From: a virus
Reading direction: 5' to 3' (one strand)
IMG/VR virus record: IMGVR_UViG_3300035105_000276
Location: 32,001-96,000 of that record
DNA length: 64,000 bases
Shown here: piece after piece, positions 19,879 through 29,913 of the stretch
How positions within the stretch are numbered: the first letter of the stretch is position 1
Layout: the number at the start of each line of letters is the position of its first letter
Made by a program: the position numbers and the translations under genes
The notes under the pieces: generated by a model
Told to the model about the DNA's origin: nothing
The model's database searches: none
The model's input: the letters and a program-made list of their open reading frames with translations, nothing else

Positions 19879-20592
19879 TTATTCTTTCGGGGCCACTTTT
19901 CGCGGTCCCGGGGCCGGCTGAGGCCCCTCTACAATCGGGCGGCGAGGTGGCTTCGGGTGTCCGAAACAGCCTGGCCAGTACTTCCATATGGCGGTAGTCC
20001 TCTGCCGCCATTGGGTAAATTCCCCCGGTGGGACAACTGCCCACCAGATGGCCCCGTCGTCGTCCAGGACGATGGATAATAATGCCCTGCCTACACTGGC
20101 CTGTAGATCCCGCTGGGTAGCGGGGTTGGATCCGTCGAAGCGAACTTCGACTGGAAATGGCAGCCTGGCAACAGCTTTCCGCAGCTGAGGGAGCGGATTT
20201 AAGCGGAGGCGATATGCAGCCTCGGCATCTTCAAAGATGTCGAGGACTGAGTCTGCACCGAAGAAAGTGCAGAGACGGTTTTCAATGGAGTCATTTTCCA
20301 CGGCTCCGTTGAAAATAACCTCTCCGTCCCGGAGGACGGATTCGAGGTCGTCGCCATACCATACGGCCTCGTAAAACGAGCCGTGGCAAAACCACAGCTC
20401 GGAAAATATGTCGGGGTCTGACCCCATAGTAGGGGTTACCACACCCCCAGAATTTCCAACCCACCAGTTGTTTTCTATGGTAGGGCAGAAAGAGTGAGTC
20501 GGATGATACTGAAAATATGTGGCGGCAGCTATAGAAATTGGGTGCTCAGATCCGAATGTCTTGATAATGGCAGTAAGTTCTGGATGTCTCAT
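19879..20592 (-). CDS. Hypothetical protein
   Basis: Long ORF with AAGGA RBS; C-terminal frame uncertain. Confidence 0.55.
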   Translation of the reverse strand: MRHPELTAIIKTFGSEHPISIAAATYFQYHPTHSFCPTIENNWWVGNSGGVVTPTMGSDPDIFSELWFCHGSFYEAVWYGDDLESVLRDGEVIFNGAVENDSIENRLCTFFGADSVLDIFEDAEAAYRLRLNPLPQLRKAVARLPFPVEVRFDGSNPATQRDLQASVGRALLSIVLDDDGAIWWAVVPPGEFTQWRQRTTAIWKYWPGCFGHPKPPRRPIVEGPQPAPGPRKVAPKE

Positions 20593-20729
20593 AATAAATC
20601 CTTTCGTCCAGCTCAATTCCCGGCTGGTACGGGTGCCTGGCTTAGGCGGTTGGTAATTCAGATTCAGCGTTCCCCTTGATCTGTCTCTATAGCTTTCTTT
20701 ATTGCCCCGGCGGACCGGGGCGGGTTGGG

Positions 20730-20909
20730 TTAAACGTCAAACTCCTGCCCACATTCACGGCAGCGCATGAAAGCGTTGTCATGGGCTGGGTCAGGTCTGC
20801 TGTCAAAGCGACAGCAGTTGTGACAATTATCTGTCCCGCAATGGGGACAGGTAACTTCAGCATAATCATGAGCATGGGGATGGTATTCCCCGTTCCATTC
20901 AAAACACAT
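20730..20909 (-). CDS. Small Cys-rich zinc-finger protein (59 aa; not in ORF track)
   Basis: MCFEWNGEYHPHAHDYAEVTCPHCGTDNCHNCC..RCRECGQEFDV; AAGGAGG RBS; first gene after a class A promoter. Confidence 0.7.
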   Translation of the reverse strand: MCFEWNGEYHPHAHDYAEVTCPHCGTDNCHNCCRFDSRPDPAHDNAFMRCRECGQEFDV

Positions 20910-21000
20910 ATTTCCTCCTTATTTGCCCCGGTGGTGTGCCGGGGCGGTGGGGTTCTATCGTTTCATATAAGTTAAAAGACGTAAATATCTTTATCATAAT

Positions 21001-21031
21001 CTTATAACAAATTCCGGCATTGGGTTTTGAA
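21001..21031 (-). promoter_or_regulatory. Class A phage promoter
   Basis: TTCAAAA-18-TATAAG. Confidence 0.6.
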
Positions 21032-21133
21032 TATTTAAAAAAAGCCAGGCACCTACAAAGCAAGTGGCCCGGCCCTTTCTACCCAATTACATTCAGCAGC
21101 ACTCCCTTATTCTTTAAGTGGGTTACCCTGCAT

Positions 21134-21466
21134 CTATTTACGTCTGTCCCATAGTTCCCAGAGGGTAGATTCCGTAGATGGATGACAATAAAGTTTTTTG
21201 TTTGCCTGGTCCAGCAGGAATACCTTCATTGGTCGCAGACAAGAATATTTCTTCCAGTACTTTTTATCCCATCTTCGATTCTTTTTCTTACGGGGTTTTT
21301 TGTACAGCACGCGCTCTACCATCAGACTATTGGTGATAATCTCTGGAAATGGTTGGGAAGCTCTAGCCTCTATAATCTTATACATCGCATCACGGATAAT
21401 AGCCATGCTGATGCTGGATGCTGTACACGAACTAGTATCAAAAGCTGTAAAATCCATATTTTCCAT
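21134..21466 (-). CDS. Hypothetical protein
   Basis: ORF directly after rtcB. Confidence 0.55.
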   Translation of the reverse strand: MENMDFTAFDTSSCTASSISMAIIRDAMYKIIEARASQPFPEIITNSLMVERVLYKKPRKKKNRRWDKKYWKKYSCLRPMKVFLLDQANKKLYCHPSTESTLWELWDRRK

Positions 21467-21469
21467 CTT

Positions 21470-22636
21470 TTACCCTTTCAAAACCCCTAAGGGAGTAAGT
21501 TTTACCTCGATTTCCACCAGGTCATCCTGGTTGGCCATCACTGTGTCAATATCCTTGTATGCTCCAATAGCCTCACTAAGGCTGCTTTTGCCCTTAATAC
21601 TATGCACAATCTTCCCCATCCGTGCAATCTCTACATCTAAATTCAGGCTCTCTCTGGCTTTTGTACTACTCATAGCCCTGCCGGCACCATGTGAGCACGA
21701 ATTGAAACTATCACGATCCCCCTTGCCAAAACCAAGGTATGAGGGAGTGCCCTGGGATCCAGGGATCACAACTATGTCACCTTCGGCTGCTTTTACGGCC
21801 CCCTTGCGATGAACCCAAACATCTTGGCCAAAGTGGTTCTCCAGGCTGGCATAATTGTGGGTCACATCAACTGTATGGCAAATTTCAGCCCCCATAAAGC
21901 CCTGGCCCATGAAAACCTTTATGCAATTTTTGAGTATCAGGGCCCTGGATACTTTGGCGAAACCAATGCAATAATTCATCTCTTTGAGGTACACTTGGCC
22001 TTCATCAGAATCCACAGGTAAAAATGCCAGCCCATTATCCATGAACTGGAGATTGTACCATTTTGCATTCATCTCTTTTGCGATCCAGTTATAATGGTTG
22101 GCAACCTTATACCCCAGATTCCTGGACCCTGAATGAATCATCAGATAAATAAACCCATCAGACCCTTTCTGGATTTCAATGAAATGGTTGCCGCCCCCGA
22201 GAGTCCCCAATTGTTTCAAAGCAGACTGAAATTGGGACTCTACAACAGGCAGATAATCCGTAGGGTGCTCGGTACTTGGCATTAAACTGTCAGATTGAGG
22301 GTAGGAATGGTGATTTTTACCAACCGGTACCCTCTCCCTGATCCCCTCAAATACTGATCTGATCTGTTCCGCAGAGATTTCTTTTAAGGGTAATTGATAG
22401 CATGTAACTCCACAGCCAATATCTGATCCTACAGCGTATGGTACAATCACCCCATGGGTTGCGAGGACACCACCAATTGGCATTCCGTAGCCCATGTGGG
22501 CGTCAGGCATCAAAGCAATGTGCTTGAAAGCAAAAGGTAAATTGGCCAGGTTATGGGCCTGCTTCAAGGCTGATTTCTCCAGGTCGTCCAACCACATTTT
22601 GATTGGAAGTTTCTGAGAAGTGTCAACTTTTTTCAT
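21470..22636 (-). CDS. rtcB: RtcB 3'-phosphate/5'-OH RNA ligase
   Basis: MPDAH.GYG.PIG, DIGCG, GTLGGGNHFIE, IHSGSR, HN, HRKGA, IPGS.G, SHGAGR, AYKDI. Start taken at MKKVDT. Confidence 0.95.
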   Translation of the reverse strand: MKKVDTSQKLPIKMWLDDLEKSALKQAHNLANLPFAFKHIALMPDAHMGYGMPIGGVLATHGVIVPYAVGSDIGCGVTCYQLPLKEISAEQIRSVFEGIRERVPVGKNHHSYPQSDSLMPSTEHPTDYLPVVESQFQSALKQLGTLGGGNHFIEIQKGSDGFIYLMIHSGSRNLGYKVANHYNWIAKEMNAKWYNLQFMDNGLAFLPVDSDEGQVYLKEMNYCIGFAKVSRALILKNCIKVFMGQGFMGAEICHTVDVTHNYASLENHFGQDVWVHRKGAVKAAEGDIVVIPGSQGTPSYLGFGKGDRDSFNSCSHGAGRAMSSTKARESLNLDVEIARMGKIVHSIKGKSSLSEAIGAYKDIDTVMANQDDLVEIEVKLTPLGVLKG

Positions 22637-22637
22637 A

Positions 22638-22997
22638 CTATTCCTCTCCCTGTACATACCTAAGATTTTCGCGGGTAATAACAAATGAATAATGCTTAAT
22701 CTCCCCTGTATTGAAAGATACCAGAGCGTCCTCACCTCTTTTTTGTGTAGGCTTTACCCACATATCTCCCCCGAGGTACACCTTATCCCCAGGTTTCATA
22801 TCTATATAAAATCTTGTAACATCTTCCCACGTAGTATCCCCCTTCTCCTCTTTTTCCAGGGTAGCCGCGATACTCAGGCGGGTAACCTGCTCTTCGTCGA
22901 ATGGGATAGGATCTGGGCAAAGGTCTCCCAGAATTTTCAGAGGGGCTTCGTGGATATCCCCGTATAAAATTAAATGTATTCGTTCTTCGTGGGTCAT
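22638..22997 (-). CDS. Hypothetical protein
   Basis: ORF in the operon. Confidence 0.55.
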   Translation of the reverse strand: MTHEERIHLILYGDIHEAPLKILGDLCPDPIPFDEEQVTRLSIAATLEKEEKGDTTWEDVTRFYIDMKPGDKVYLGGDMWVKPTQKRGEDALVSFNTGEIKHYSFVITRENLRYVQGEE

Positions 22998-23794
22998 GAT
23001 CCACCCTCCACAATCTTATTCACTTCTTCCAACGCCGGCAGAGCCTGCAAATAATCCACCACAGACTCCATCCAGAACATCTGCGTCACAGCAGCACCAT
23101 CCTTTTCTTTTTCCCGGTGTCCTTTATTACGCAGAACTCTCTGCCTTTTTCTGTCGGAGACCACGTCAGCTTCTTTTTACCGTTCCTGTGAGCAACCTGT
23201 AATCCACAAGTCTCCAGCAGTTTATTTGTTTTCTGCCCAGAAATGCCAAGACGTTTTCCCAGGTCCGTAGCATTCAAATGGATCTCCTGCTCTTCCTGCA
23301 CCAGGGCCGGTAACTGGAAAGTTTCCCTGCAATCCACCCCATAAATCCGGTGCACTGCCTGGTTTGCGGAAAGCCTGGCCTGGTTCTCGTTCAAACCCCA
23401 GAATTTGGCTATCCTGGCTGCTCCGTTGAGTTCTGAAGCCAGCTTTGAAAGAGTAGGAGCTTTGAGCTTTTTGGGTTCCGCTTTTTCGGCAAGCAGGGCT
23501 TTGCCTTTCTTTTCCCAGGCGATGAAATACTTTCTGGCCTGTCTGCCTTTTCCAGTTTGTTCGATCATGGAAAGTTCCTTAGCCATGTCGATGGTGAGTT
23601 CGTACTCAGTTCGTGCTTTAGATTCTGATTCCACCGTTTGGTGGAATTGAATAAAATCAGTGCCTTGTATAAACTTATACTTCTTTATACGTCTTTTCAT
23701 CCATGTTGAAAAGTCCTGTTTACTCTCCAAAAAATTCATGCAACTTCCTGGCATCCACTGTGTTGTTCTCATTGATTTTAATCAAATCTGTCAT
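22994..23794 (-). pseudogene. AntA/AntB-type antirepressor with two apparent frameshifts
   Basis: VDARKLHEF|LESKQDFSTW, EYELTIDMAKELSM, GRQARKYFI, DTGKK|DG..VTQ..W. Shifts near 23730 and 23105. Confidence 0.7.
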
Positions 23795-24186
23795 TTTTCA
23801 TTCTCCGTTTTTGTGTAAATTTTGCGTACCAACTAAGACACATGATGTCCAAGATCCATTCGCAACTGCGTAGATTATGTTCGCATTCCAACCAATTAAA
23901 ATTAGGTCCCCATTATTACTCACCTAGATCTCAAAGGCTTCTTTGGTTACCCAGCCAGAAGGGAATAACGCTATAGTGTATAGATCCATGGCCTACCTCC
24001 ATCTTATCGTTTGGTCTGCTTGAGTAAGGTAAAATCGCACAGCCCGGGCCTGATCTTCAACGCTACAGGGCATCATCCCGCATACTTCGCATCTAACAGG
24101 CCAGGGGCCGCGCTTCCCACTCAGGTGCCTCAACGTGTGATGCGCACGTGTTGGCACCCTGTGGGCTCTAAGGGTTGCTGGTTCGT

Positions 24187-25458
24187 CTACCCTGCTATCA
24201 ATAATGTTTTACTCGCCCGGGTCACCCCCGTATAAAACCACCGTGTATACTCCTCCTCACTTTGCCCATACAGCCTCTGATTAATCAGAAACACAGCATC
24301 CCACTCTGACCCCTGGGCCTTGTGAACAGTCAGAGCGTACCCAAAGTCAAAGAACTGCCGATCTTTGAAAATGTTCATATCCATTTTGGACAAATCAGAT
24401 CCGAAGCAGGAGGTATGGCATTTAACTTTTATCGGGTTCCCACCATGAACCGGGAGAACCTGCATCTTACCTCTGGAATACCGAGTCTCTTTTTTCGAGT
24501 CACCATCCAGAACACAAGGTGTCAGCACTTTGCACAGTGTCCCATTTTTCAAACCAGTTTCCCGGTCATTTTTCAAGCACACCACCAGCTCACCCTCTTT
24601 AGGCATTGTCCCTTTAAATCCCAGCTGATCCCTGGCTTTTTTATTATAGAAATGACGGGTTTTATTTTTCCCGCACAGAATCACCCCGGTGCCTTCCTCT
24701 TTGCGAAAATACTTATCAATGAATCTCCCCAGCAATGCATTCAGCTCAGTTTTGGTGGGGCGAAATCTGATCAGCGATTTGTCCAGCTGTCCGAATCCGA
24801 GATTTTTTCCGGTACGTACGAATGTCGCAGCTTTTATAATCGGGTTATCCAGAGCCTGCCGATGAACTGTTATTAGCTCTGTGTTTGCCTGCAATAATCG
24901 AGGGTGCGTCCCACCATTCACTGGAGGAACCTGATAATGATCCCCGCAAAATAGAATCGGAATATCGAAATGAGTAAGGTCTCTGAACATTTCATCGTGA
25001 ATCATAGACAACTCATCCACAATGAGAAATTTTATGTTCACCGTGTACCAGTTTCCGTCCCGGCTCATGAAAGGGAGCTTAATCCCATCAGTATCCACAA
25101 ATCTCTTAGACTGTTTTAAATCGAATGTAATATCCCCGGTGGTATTGTCTTCCCCAGACGGAACATAGAACAAAGAATGAATAGTCCCGACATATCCTGG
25201 ACGTGCCCCTGAATCGCTCAATTTCTGTGCCAGAACATCGCTGGCCTTTCCGGTATATGTTACCATGGCTGTGTCAAGCAACGCTTCCTGGGGCATACTT
25301 TTAAGCATCTCTGTGACCAGTGTTGTCTTACCCGTGCCGGCCCACCCGGCCAGCACATACACATCAGTGAACCTGGACCCCTTTCCTCCTGATTTCCAAT
25401 TTTTCAGCCATGCAAAAATGTCTTTCATGGTTGTGGTCTGTTCTTTTGATAACTCCAC
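24187..25458 (-). CDS. Dda/RecD2-like SF1B helicase
   Basis: GWAGTGKTT, VDELSM, GDHYQVPPV, HRQA, YALTVHKAQGSEW, YTGVTRA. Confidence 0.92.
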   Translation of the reverse strand: MELSKEQTTTMKDIFAWLKNWKSGGKGSRFTDVYVLAGWAGTGKTTLVTEMLKSMPQEALLDTAMVTYTGKASDVLAQKLSDSGARPGYVGTIHSLFYVPSGEDNTTGDITFDLKQSKRFVDTDGIKLPFMSRDGNWYTVNIKFLIVDELSMIHDEMFRDLTHFDIPILFCGDHYQVPPVNGGTHPRLLQANTELITVHRQALDNPIIKAATFVRTGKNLGFGQLDKSLIRFRPTKTELNALLGRFIDKYFRKEEGTGVILCGKNKTRHFYNKKARDQLGFKGTMPKEGELVVCLKNDRETGLKNGTLCKVLTPCVLDGDSKKETRYSRGKMQVLPVHGGNPIKVKCHTSCFGSDLSKMDMNIFKDRQFFDFGYALTVHKAQGSEWDAVFLINQRLYGQSEEEYTRWFYTGVTRASKTLLIAG

Positions 25459-25556
25459 CCCGTAACACCTCCTTTAAAGAAAAAAGGGGCGGCCACCCGT
25501 AATGACCGCCCCCCGCTCAAACTAATTTGATCTCACCTGCCGGCCGGCTGGCCGGG

Positions 25557-25844
25557 CTACTGAATGGAGTCTTTCAAGAACTTGGAGGCTGTGAATTTCA
25601 CCCTGTTTTTCTCAGGGATATCAATTCTTTCACCCGTCTGTGGATTGTGCCCCACACGGGCCTCGCTGACCACCGTTTTGAAGGACCCAAATCCCTGGAG
25701 AGTACAACCCTCACCATCAACCAGAGACCCGGAAATCGTAGAAAAAATAGAGTCTACCACAGAAACGCAATCAGCTTTGGTAGCCTTTCCATTGAGTTCA
25801 CTGTACACTGCATTCACCAGGTTTGCTTTTGTCACTGTTGCCAT
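25557..25844 (-). CDS. HU/IHF family DNA-binding protein
   Basis: TKANLV, LQGFGSF, ARVGHNPQTGERIDIP, VKFTASK. Confidence 0.92.
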   Translation of the reverse strand: MATVTKANLVNAVYSELNGKATKADCVSVVDSIFSTISGSLVDGEGCTLQGFGSFKTVVSEARVGHNPQTGERIDIPEKNRVKFTASKFLKDSIQ

Positions 25845-25925
25845 AAAGATAATCCTCTCTTTAAAATGAAATTAGGTTGAACCAAAAATGAAAAAACCTG
25901 TACACCAGACCATTTCTAGGCAATA

Positions 25926-25951
25926 CTGCGCCAAAAATCGAATTTGTGAAG
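25926..25951 (-). promoter_or_regulatory. Class B motif (variant) upstream of HU
   Basis: CTTCAC-12-TGGCGCAG. Confidence 0.4.
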
Positions 25952-26038
25952 TACAGGTTTTAATGAAAAACTAATTTTTTAAGAAAAATAATGAAGGCAT
26001 ACCAGAAAGGTATGCCAGGTACTGCAAGCTATTTCAGA

Positions 26039-26320
26039 TCAGAAGGTCCGCATTCGCTGGTATTTATGGGCCTCTTCACTTGTGGGCCGGTAAGTTAGGT
26101 ACCCACCGGTTTTATCAATCCAGACAATCCTTGGGAAATCCGGCTTATGCACCCGTGTATACCCTTTCGGAAATGATATTTCACACGTGTCCATCATCTC
26201 TTCCAGCTCACTCTGGTTGAAACAGCTGTCCAGAGCGTCATTCAAAAGAATGCTATGCAGCTCGTCCACTGTCTTGATATCAAAGTGCAAATCAAATGAG
26301 TACGGCAATTTCTCACTCAC
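26039..26320 (-). CDS. Hypothetical protein
   Basis: ORF overlapping the upstream stop. Confidence 0.5.
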   Translation of the reverse strand: MSEKLPYSFDLHFDIKTVDELHSILLNDALDSCFNQSELEEMMDTCEISFPKGYTRVHKPDFPRIVWIDKTGGYLTYRPTSEEAHKYQRMRTF

Positions 26321-26705
26321 GCAAAAACCCCTTTCTCAGGGCCTGTTTCAGCATCTCACTGACCACCCCTGTTTCTCGATATTTCACCACAATCGCCCGC
26401 TTCTTCGGGGTCATAAAATTTTTCTCTATCTCCTGCACCAGGGCCTCCACCTGAGTAGAGTCTTTTAAAGTTTCTTCAAACAACTGCTTCTCCTCCTCAG
26501 CCAGCATCTCAGCTTCCGCCTTTTCCCGGGCTTCCCGGGCTTCCCGTGAAATACGGGCCTGCCGTTCCTGCGGAAGTTCATACCCTGCCGGCCGTGACAC
26601 CCCGCCTTTTTTCAGGCAGGAGACGCAGGTCATTGTTTTGCCCACGCCTCCCTTGTAGTTGGATATTGCCCCAACAAACCCTCTGCCAGTTTCTTTTGTA
26701 AGCAT
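26313..26705 (-). pseudogene. Chimeric remnant: ParA Walker-A stub fused to an unrelated C-terminal segment
   Basis: AISNYKGGVGKT followed abruptly by GYELPQERQARISRE and a coiled coil. Confidence 0.5.
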
Positions 26706-26796
26706 GACAGTACCTATTCAATTATTGGTTAACCAGCTTTTCCCCAGTTATCACCAAGAATACCAGCTGTCAAGCATTTTCATGCTACAGTTTGAT

Positions 26797-27399
26797 TCAC
26801 ATATACTTTTTAATTTCCTTTTCTATCTTGGAAACATCCATGGGAATCCCACGTACAAGCAGATTTACATGAGATCTTCTACCCCTTTGATACATTTCAA
26901 CTCCCAGCACTTTGTTATCTACCATCGTCCTCAAAGTGACACACAGACCAACCAGTTCAATAGTTTTAGCCTCCCAACTTGCCTTTTCCAGCCGGGATTC
27001 CACCTTCACCTTGTACCGTGTGTACACGTCGAGCCCTTCCGATGCAAAGTCCTTGATATAAATCTGGGATAAAAGCCGCTGCACCCTTCTACCGAATCTG
27101 AGATAAATCTCATCAGATGTACAGTCCAGGCTGTACGGGAACCAGTACAGCCACCCTGCAATCACCATGTCTTTGGTGCACCCGGGAATAGATTTTAGAA
27201 TATGGGGTATCGCCGCTAATTCGAACCGGTAATTGTACAGGAAAAATTCAGGGTTTGCTTTTTCCCTTACAAAATCCTCCGCAGCTTTTTCAAGATGCTT
27301 TAAGATATCACACATGCCAGTTCCCCGGCATACCGGGCAGATAGTTCCGTAAGCAACCCCATCACCAGTACCGTCACAGAATTCACATTTATTTTTCAT
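26797..27399 (-). CDS. DnaJ-type zinc finger fused to a degenerate HD (SpoT/Mesh1-like) domain
   Basis: CEFCDGTG/CPVCRGTG. VIAGWLY..T.DEI...FG.RV..L..ASWEAKTIELV follows HD-hydrolase spacing but lacks the H-D residues. Confidence 0.5.
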   Translation of the reverse strand: MKNKCEFCDGTGDGVAYGTICPVCRGTGMCDILKHLEKAAEDFVREKANPEFFLYNYRFELAAIPHILKSIPGCTKDMVIAGWLYWFPYSLDCTSDEIYLRFGRRVQRLLSQIYIKDFASEGLDVYTRYKVKVESRLEKASWEAKTIELVGLCVTLRTMVDNKVLGVEMYQRGRRSHVNLLVRGIPMDVSKIEKEIKKYM

Positions 27400-29206
27400 G
27401 GGAAATGCCCTGGTAATCTGCCAGAGCTTTGGCCAGAAATTTTATGAAATCGGGCAGCTTTTCTGCACCGGCCAGGCTGATGGACAGGTTGAGGTTGATG
27501 GTCTGAGTCTGGGCTGACTGATCTGGTGTAGGTGTGGTCTCAGTTACCGTCCCAGAATCTTGCACAGGCATTTCAACCCTTTGCGGACTCTCATCCGTAC
27601 TAAAATCAGGTACCGCTTTGATGTCTGTTGTACAAGACTCACACTGGGGTGGACACTCTGAACCCACTTCCGCTTTTACCCCTAATGCTGCCTGGACTTT
27701 TTCCGGGGTCGCTGGCGTCTCTTTACCTGGAGAAAACCAAGCTATTTCAGGGAAATAACGCCATGTTGCAGGGTATTTTTTCAGAGTTCGAAAAATATCA
27801 TGACTGGATCTTCTTCTGGATAAATACACGAGATCCGCAGTAGGTATGTCCCTTGCCTCTTTTACCAGAAAGTACGTACTAAAAGTAGTTCCCTCGTCTG
27901 CTTTCATATCTGCCAGTATTAATTTACCGAGGGGGTTTTTCCGTCGATCTGACCTTAATTCCCTTACTTTCTGGGTCAATAGGTATACTGATGCGAGCTT
28001 TGAACTTTGTTTTTTTGCGTACCGAGCAATGGTTGATGCAGAAGAAGGTTCCGTCAACTGCTTCATTACATCCAATACCATTTCAAACAACTCCGCAGTA
28101 CCAGGGCGGGGCATCTGCAGCTTACAGCTTAGCTCAGCATATGGGCCGATAAAATTTTGTACTTCAGGCATCTCCTGGTACAACTTCTCTGCAGAACGAG
28201 TGCTGCTGTCAACAATGATGCCTGATAGGATTTCATAATCAACGGCACCAAAAATGCTGGATAATCGGTGCATTTTTTTATTTACTTGGGGCTCCCACTG
28301 ATGCAGGAGGCTACCCTGAAATATTTTTTCATTTACTTCCGTAATCTCATCTACAGCCAATGCTGCTGTAGAAGAGCTCATTTTTAAAAGCCTACTTATA
28401 TCATACGCTGAAACAAAATCCGGGCTATACAGCACTGACAGTACTTTTCTTATACTATCTGCACGTCCTGTGGTCTTCCCTGCAGGAGCTTTATCCCTGG
28501 CATCCATATATTTTTTCTTCCGAACCTTTTCCCATTCCAATACGTGGCCTTCGGGTTTAGGTATTTCTGCCTGTAAATCAGGTGGTAAACAGCTGTACAG
28601 ACTAGGGTACCTGGGGGCTATACCTTTCAAGAAATTCACATCTAATTTCTTAGAATGCCTTAGAAATAGGGATATCATGCTCAAAGGGGCAAATGCCATG
28701 GTATCCGTGAGAAATACCCCATAGAAAGAATTTTTGGCCTCTTTAATCTGTAAAATGCCCTGCCAGTCGTCACTTGACGCATTGTTAAAGATGTCCCTGT
28801 ACACTTCGACTGTATAAAATTTAGTGCCGAAAGCATCCCGTAGAATCTCCCTAATACCCTCCTCAGTATGTGGCTCAGGCAGGATGAGTACCGCGGCAAT
28901 CAGGTCTGCTACACTGAATTTTTTAACCGAATCCTTCATTTCCTGAATAATTTCTCTGTGCCTGCGAATACGTCTTTCCATCAGCACCTTTTCCTCAGAG
29001 TACACTATCGGCTTACTGCTCAATTCCACGTGGTCCGGTTCCAGCCTGTCCCGGTACTTGTTTATTCTCTTTCTAAGCTTATCCTTCTCTCTTAGTTCAT
29101 CCCGGCGTACAGCCGCAATCTCACTCCCGTGTGTCCTGTCTAAAAAATCCGATATAGGATCCCCTTCAAGAGTAACCCCTTGAAGGTCTTTTCGAGCCAA
29201 TGTCAT
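27389..29206 (-). CDS. Hypothetical protein (605 aa, possibly multiple HTH)
   Basis: Long ORF coupled to its neighbours. Confidence 0.7.
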   Translation of the reverse strand: MTLARKDLQGVTLEGDPISDFLDRTHGSEIAAVRRDELREKDKLRKRINKYRDRLEPDHVELSSKPIVYSEEKVLMERRIRRHREIIQEMKDSVKKFSVADLIAAVLILPEPHTEEGIREILRDAFGTKFYTVEVYRDIFNNASSDDWQGILQIKEAKNSFYGVFLTDTMAFAPLSMISLFLRHSKKLDVNFLKGIAPRYPSLYSCLPPDLQAEIPKPEGHVLEWEKVRKKKYMDARDKAPAGKTTGRADSIRKVLSVLYSPDFVSAYDISRLLKMSSSTAALAVDEITEVNEKIFQGSLLHQWEPQVNKKMHRLSSIFGAVDYEILSGIIVDSSTRSAEKLYQEMPEVQNFIGPYAELSCKLQMPRPGTAELFEMVLDVMKQLTEPSSASTIARYAKKQSSKLASVYLLTQKVRELRSDRRKNPLGKLILADMKADEGTTFSTYFLVKEARDIPTADLVYLSRRRSSHDIFRTLKKYPATWRYFPEIAWFSPGKETPATPEKVQAALGVKAEVGSECPPQCESCTTDIKAVPDFSTDESPQRVEMPVQDSGTVTETTPTPDQSAQTQTINLNLSISLAGAEKLPDFIKFLAKALADYQGISHEK

Positions 29207-29772
29207 TCTGAATTCTCCCTTTCTTTACATGCCCTGTGAATGGTCGCCCGGCTTACATTGAATTCCTGGGCCAACCTGTTTTTTGAGTATCCATCGTTCC
29301 ACATATTTACAACGGCAATTTTATCGTCATCGGACAATGCCCTGGGACGACCCCAGACTTTGCCCTTTTTCTTACTCAAAGCGATGCCCTCTCTTTGCCT
29401 CTCCCGAATCAGTTCCCGCTCAAACTCTGCCACTGCACCAATTACATGTAGCAGCAAAGTAGAGAGTGGGTCCTGGGCGCTTTTCGAAAAAAGCAGATTT
29501 TCCTTATGAAATTTTACATCAATCCCCTGGTCAGTAAGAGAATCCACAATCTGTCGCAAATCCAATACACTTCTGGCTAGACGATCCATAGAATGCACAT
29601 GGAGTACATCCCCGTCCCGTATATAGTCCAGGCATGCCAGCCACCCGGGCCTGTCCTGCTGATTTACCCCAGACATTTTATCGGTGAATACTTTATCCAG
29701 TGCTACACCTTCCAACTGCCTGTCCGGATTCTGATCCACGCTGCTCACTCTCCGATATCCAATGTTTGCCAT
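29203..29772 (-). CDS. Small serine recombinase (resolvase/invertase)
   Basis: GYRRVSS..Q..RQ, DKMSG, RPG, MDRLARS, AEFERELI.ERQ, C-terminal HTH. Confidence 0.95.
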   Translation of the reverse strand: MANIGYRRVSSVDQNPDRQLEGVALDKVFTDKMSGVNQQDRPGWLACLDYIRDGDVLHVHSMDRLARSVLDLRQIVDSLTDQGIDVKFHKENLLFSKSAQDPLSTLLLHVIGAVAEFERELIRERQREGIALSKKKGKVWGRPRALSDDDKIAVVNMWNDGYSKNRLAQEFNVSRATIHRACKERENSE

Positions 29773-29913
29773 GGCTGGGTTCTCCCTATCAAAAGGTTAA
29801 AGTCTTTTTGATATACCATGAGTCAAAAACCGGTTCAACACTTTTGGACAGTATTGCCCGGGTGAGCCTGGCCCTTCTAGCTTTGGGTGTACCTTTTGGG
29901 CCCCCCCGGGGTG

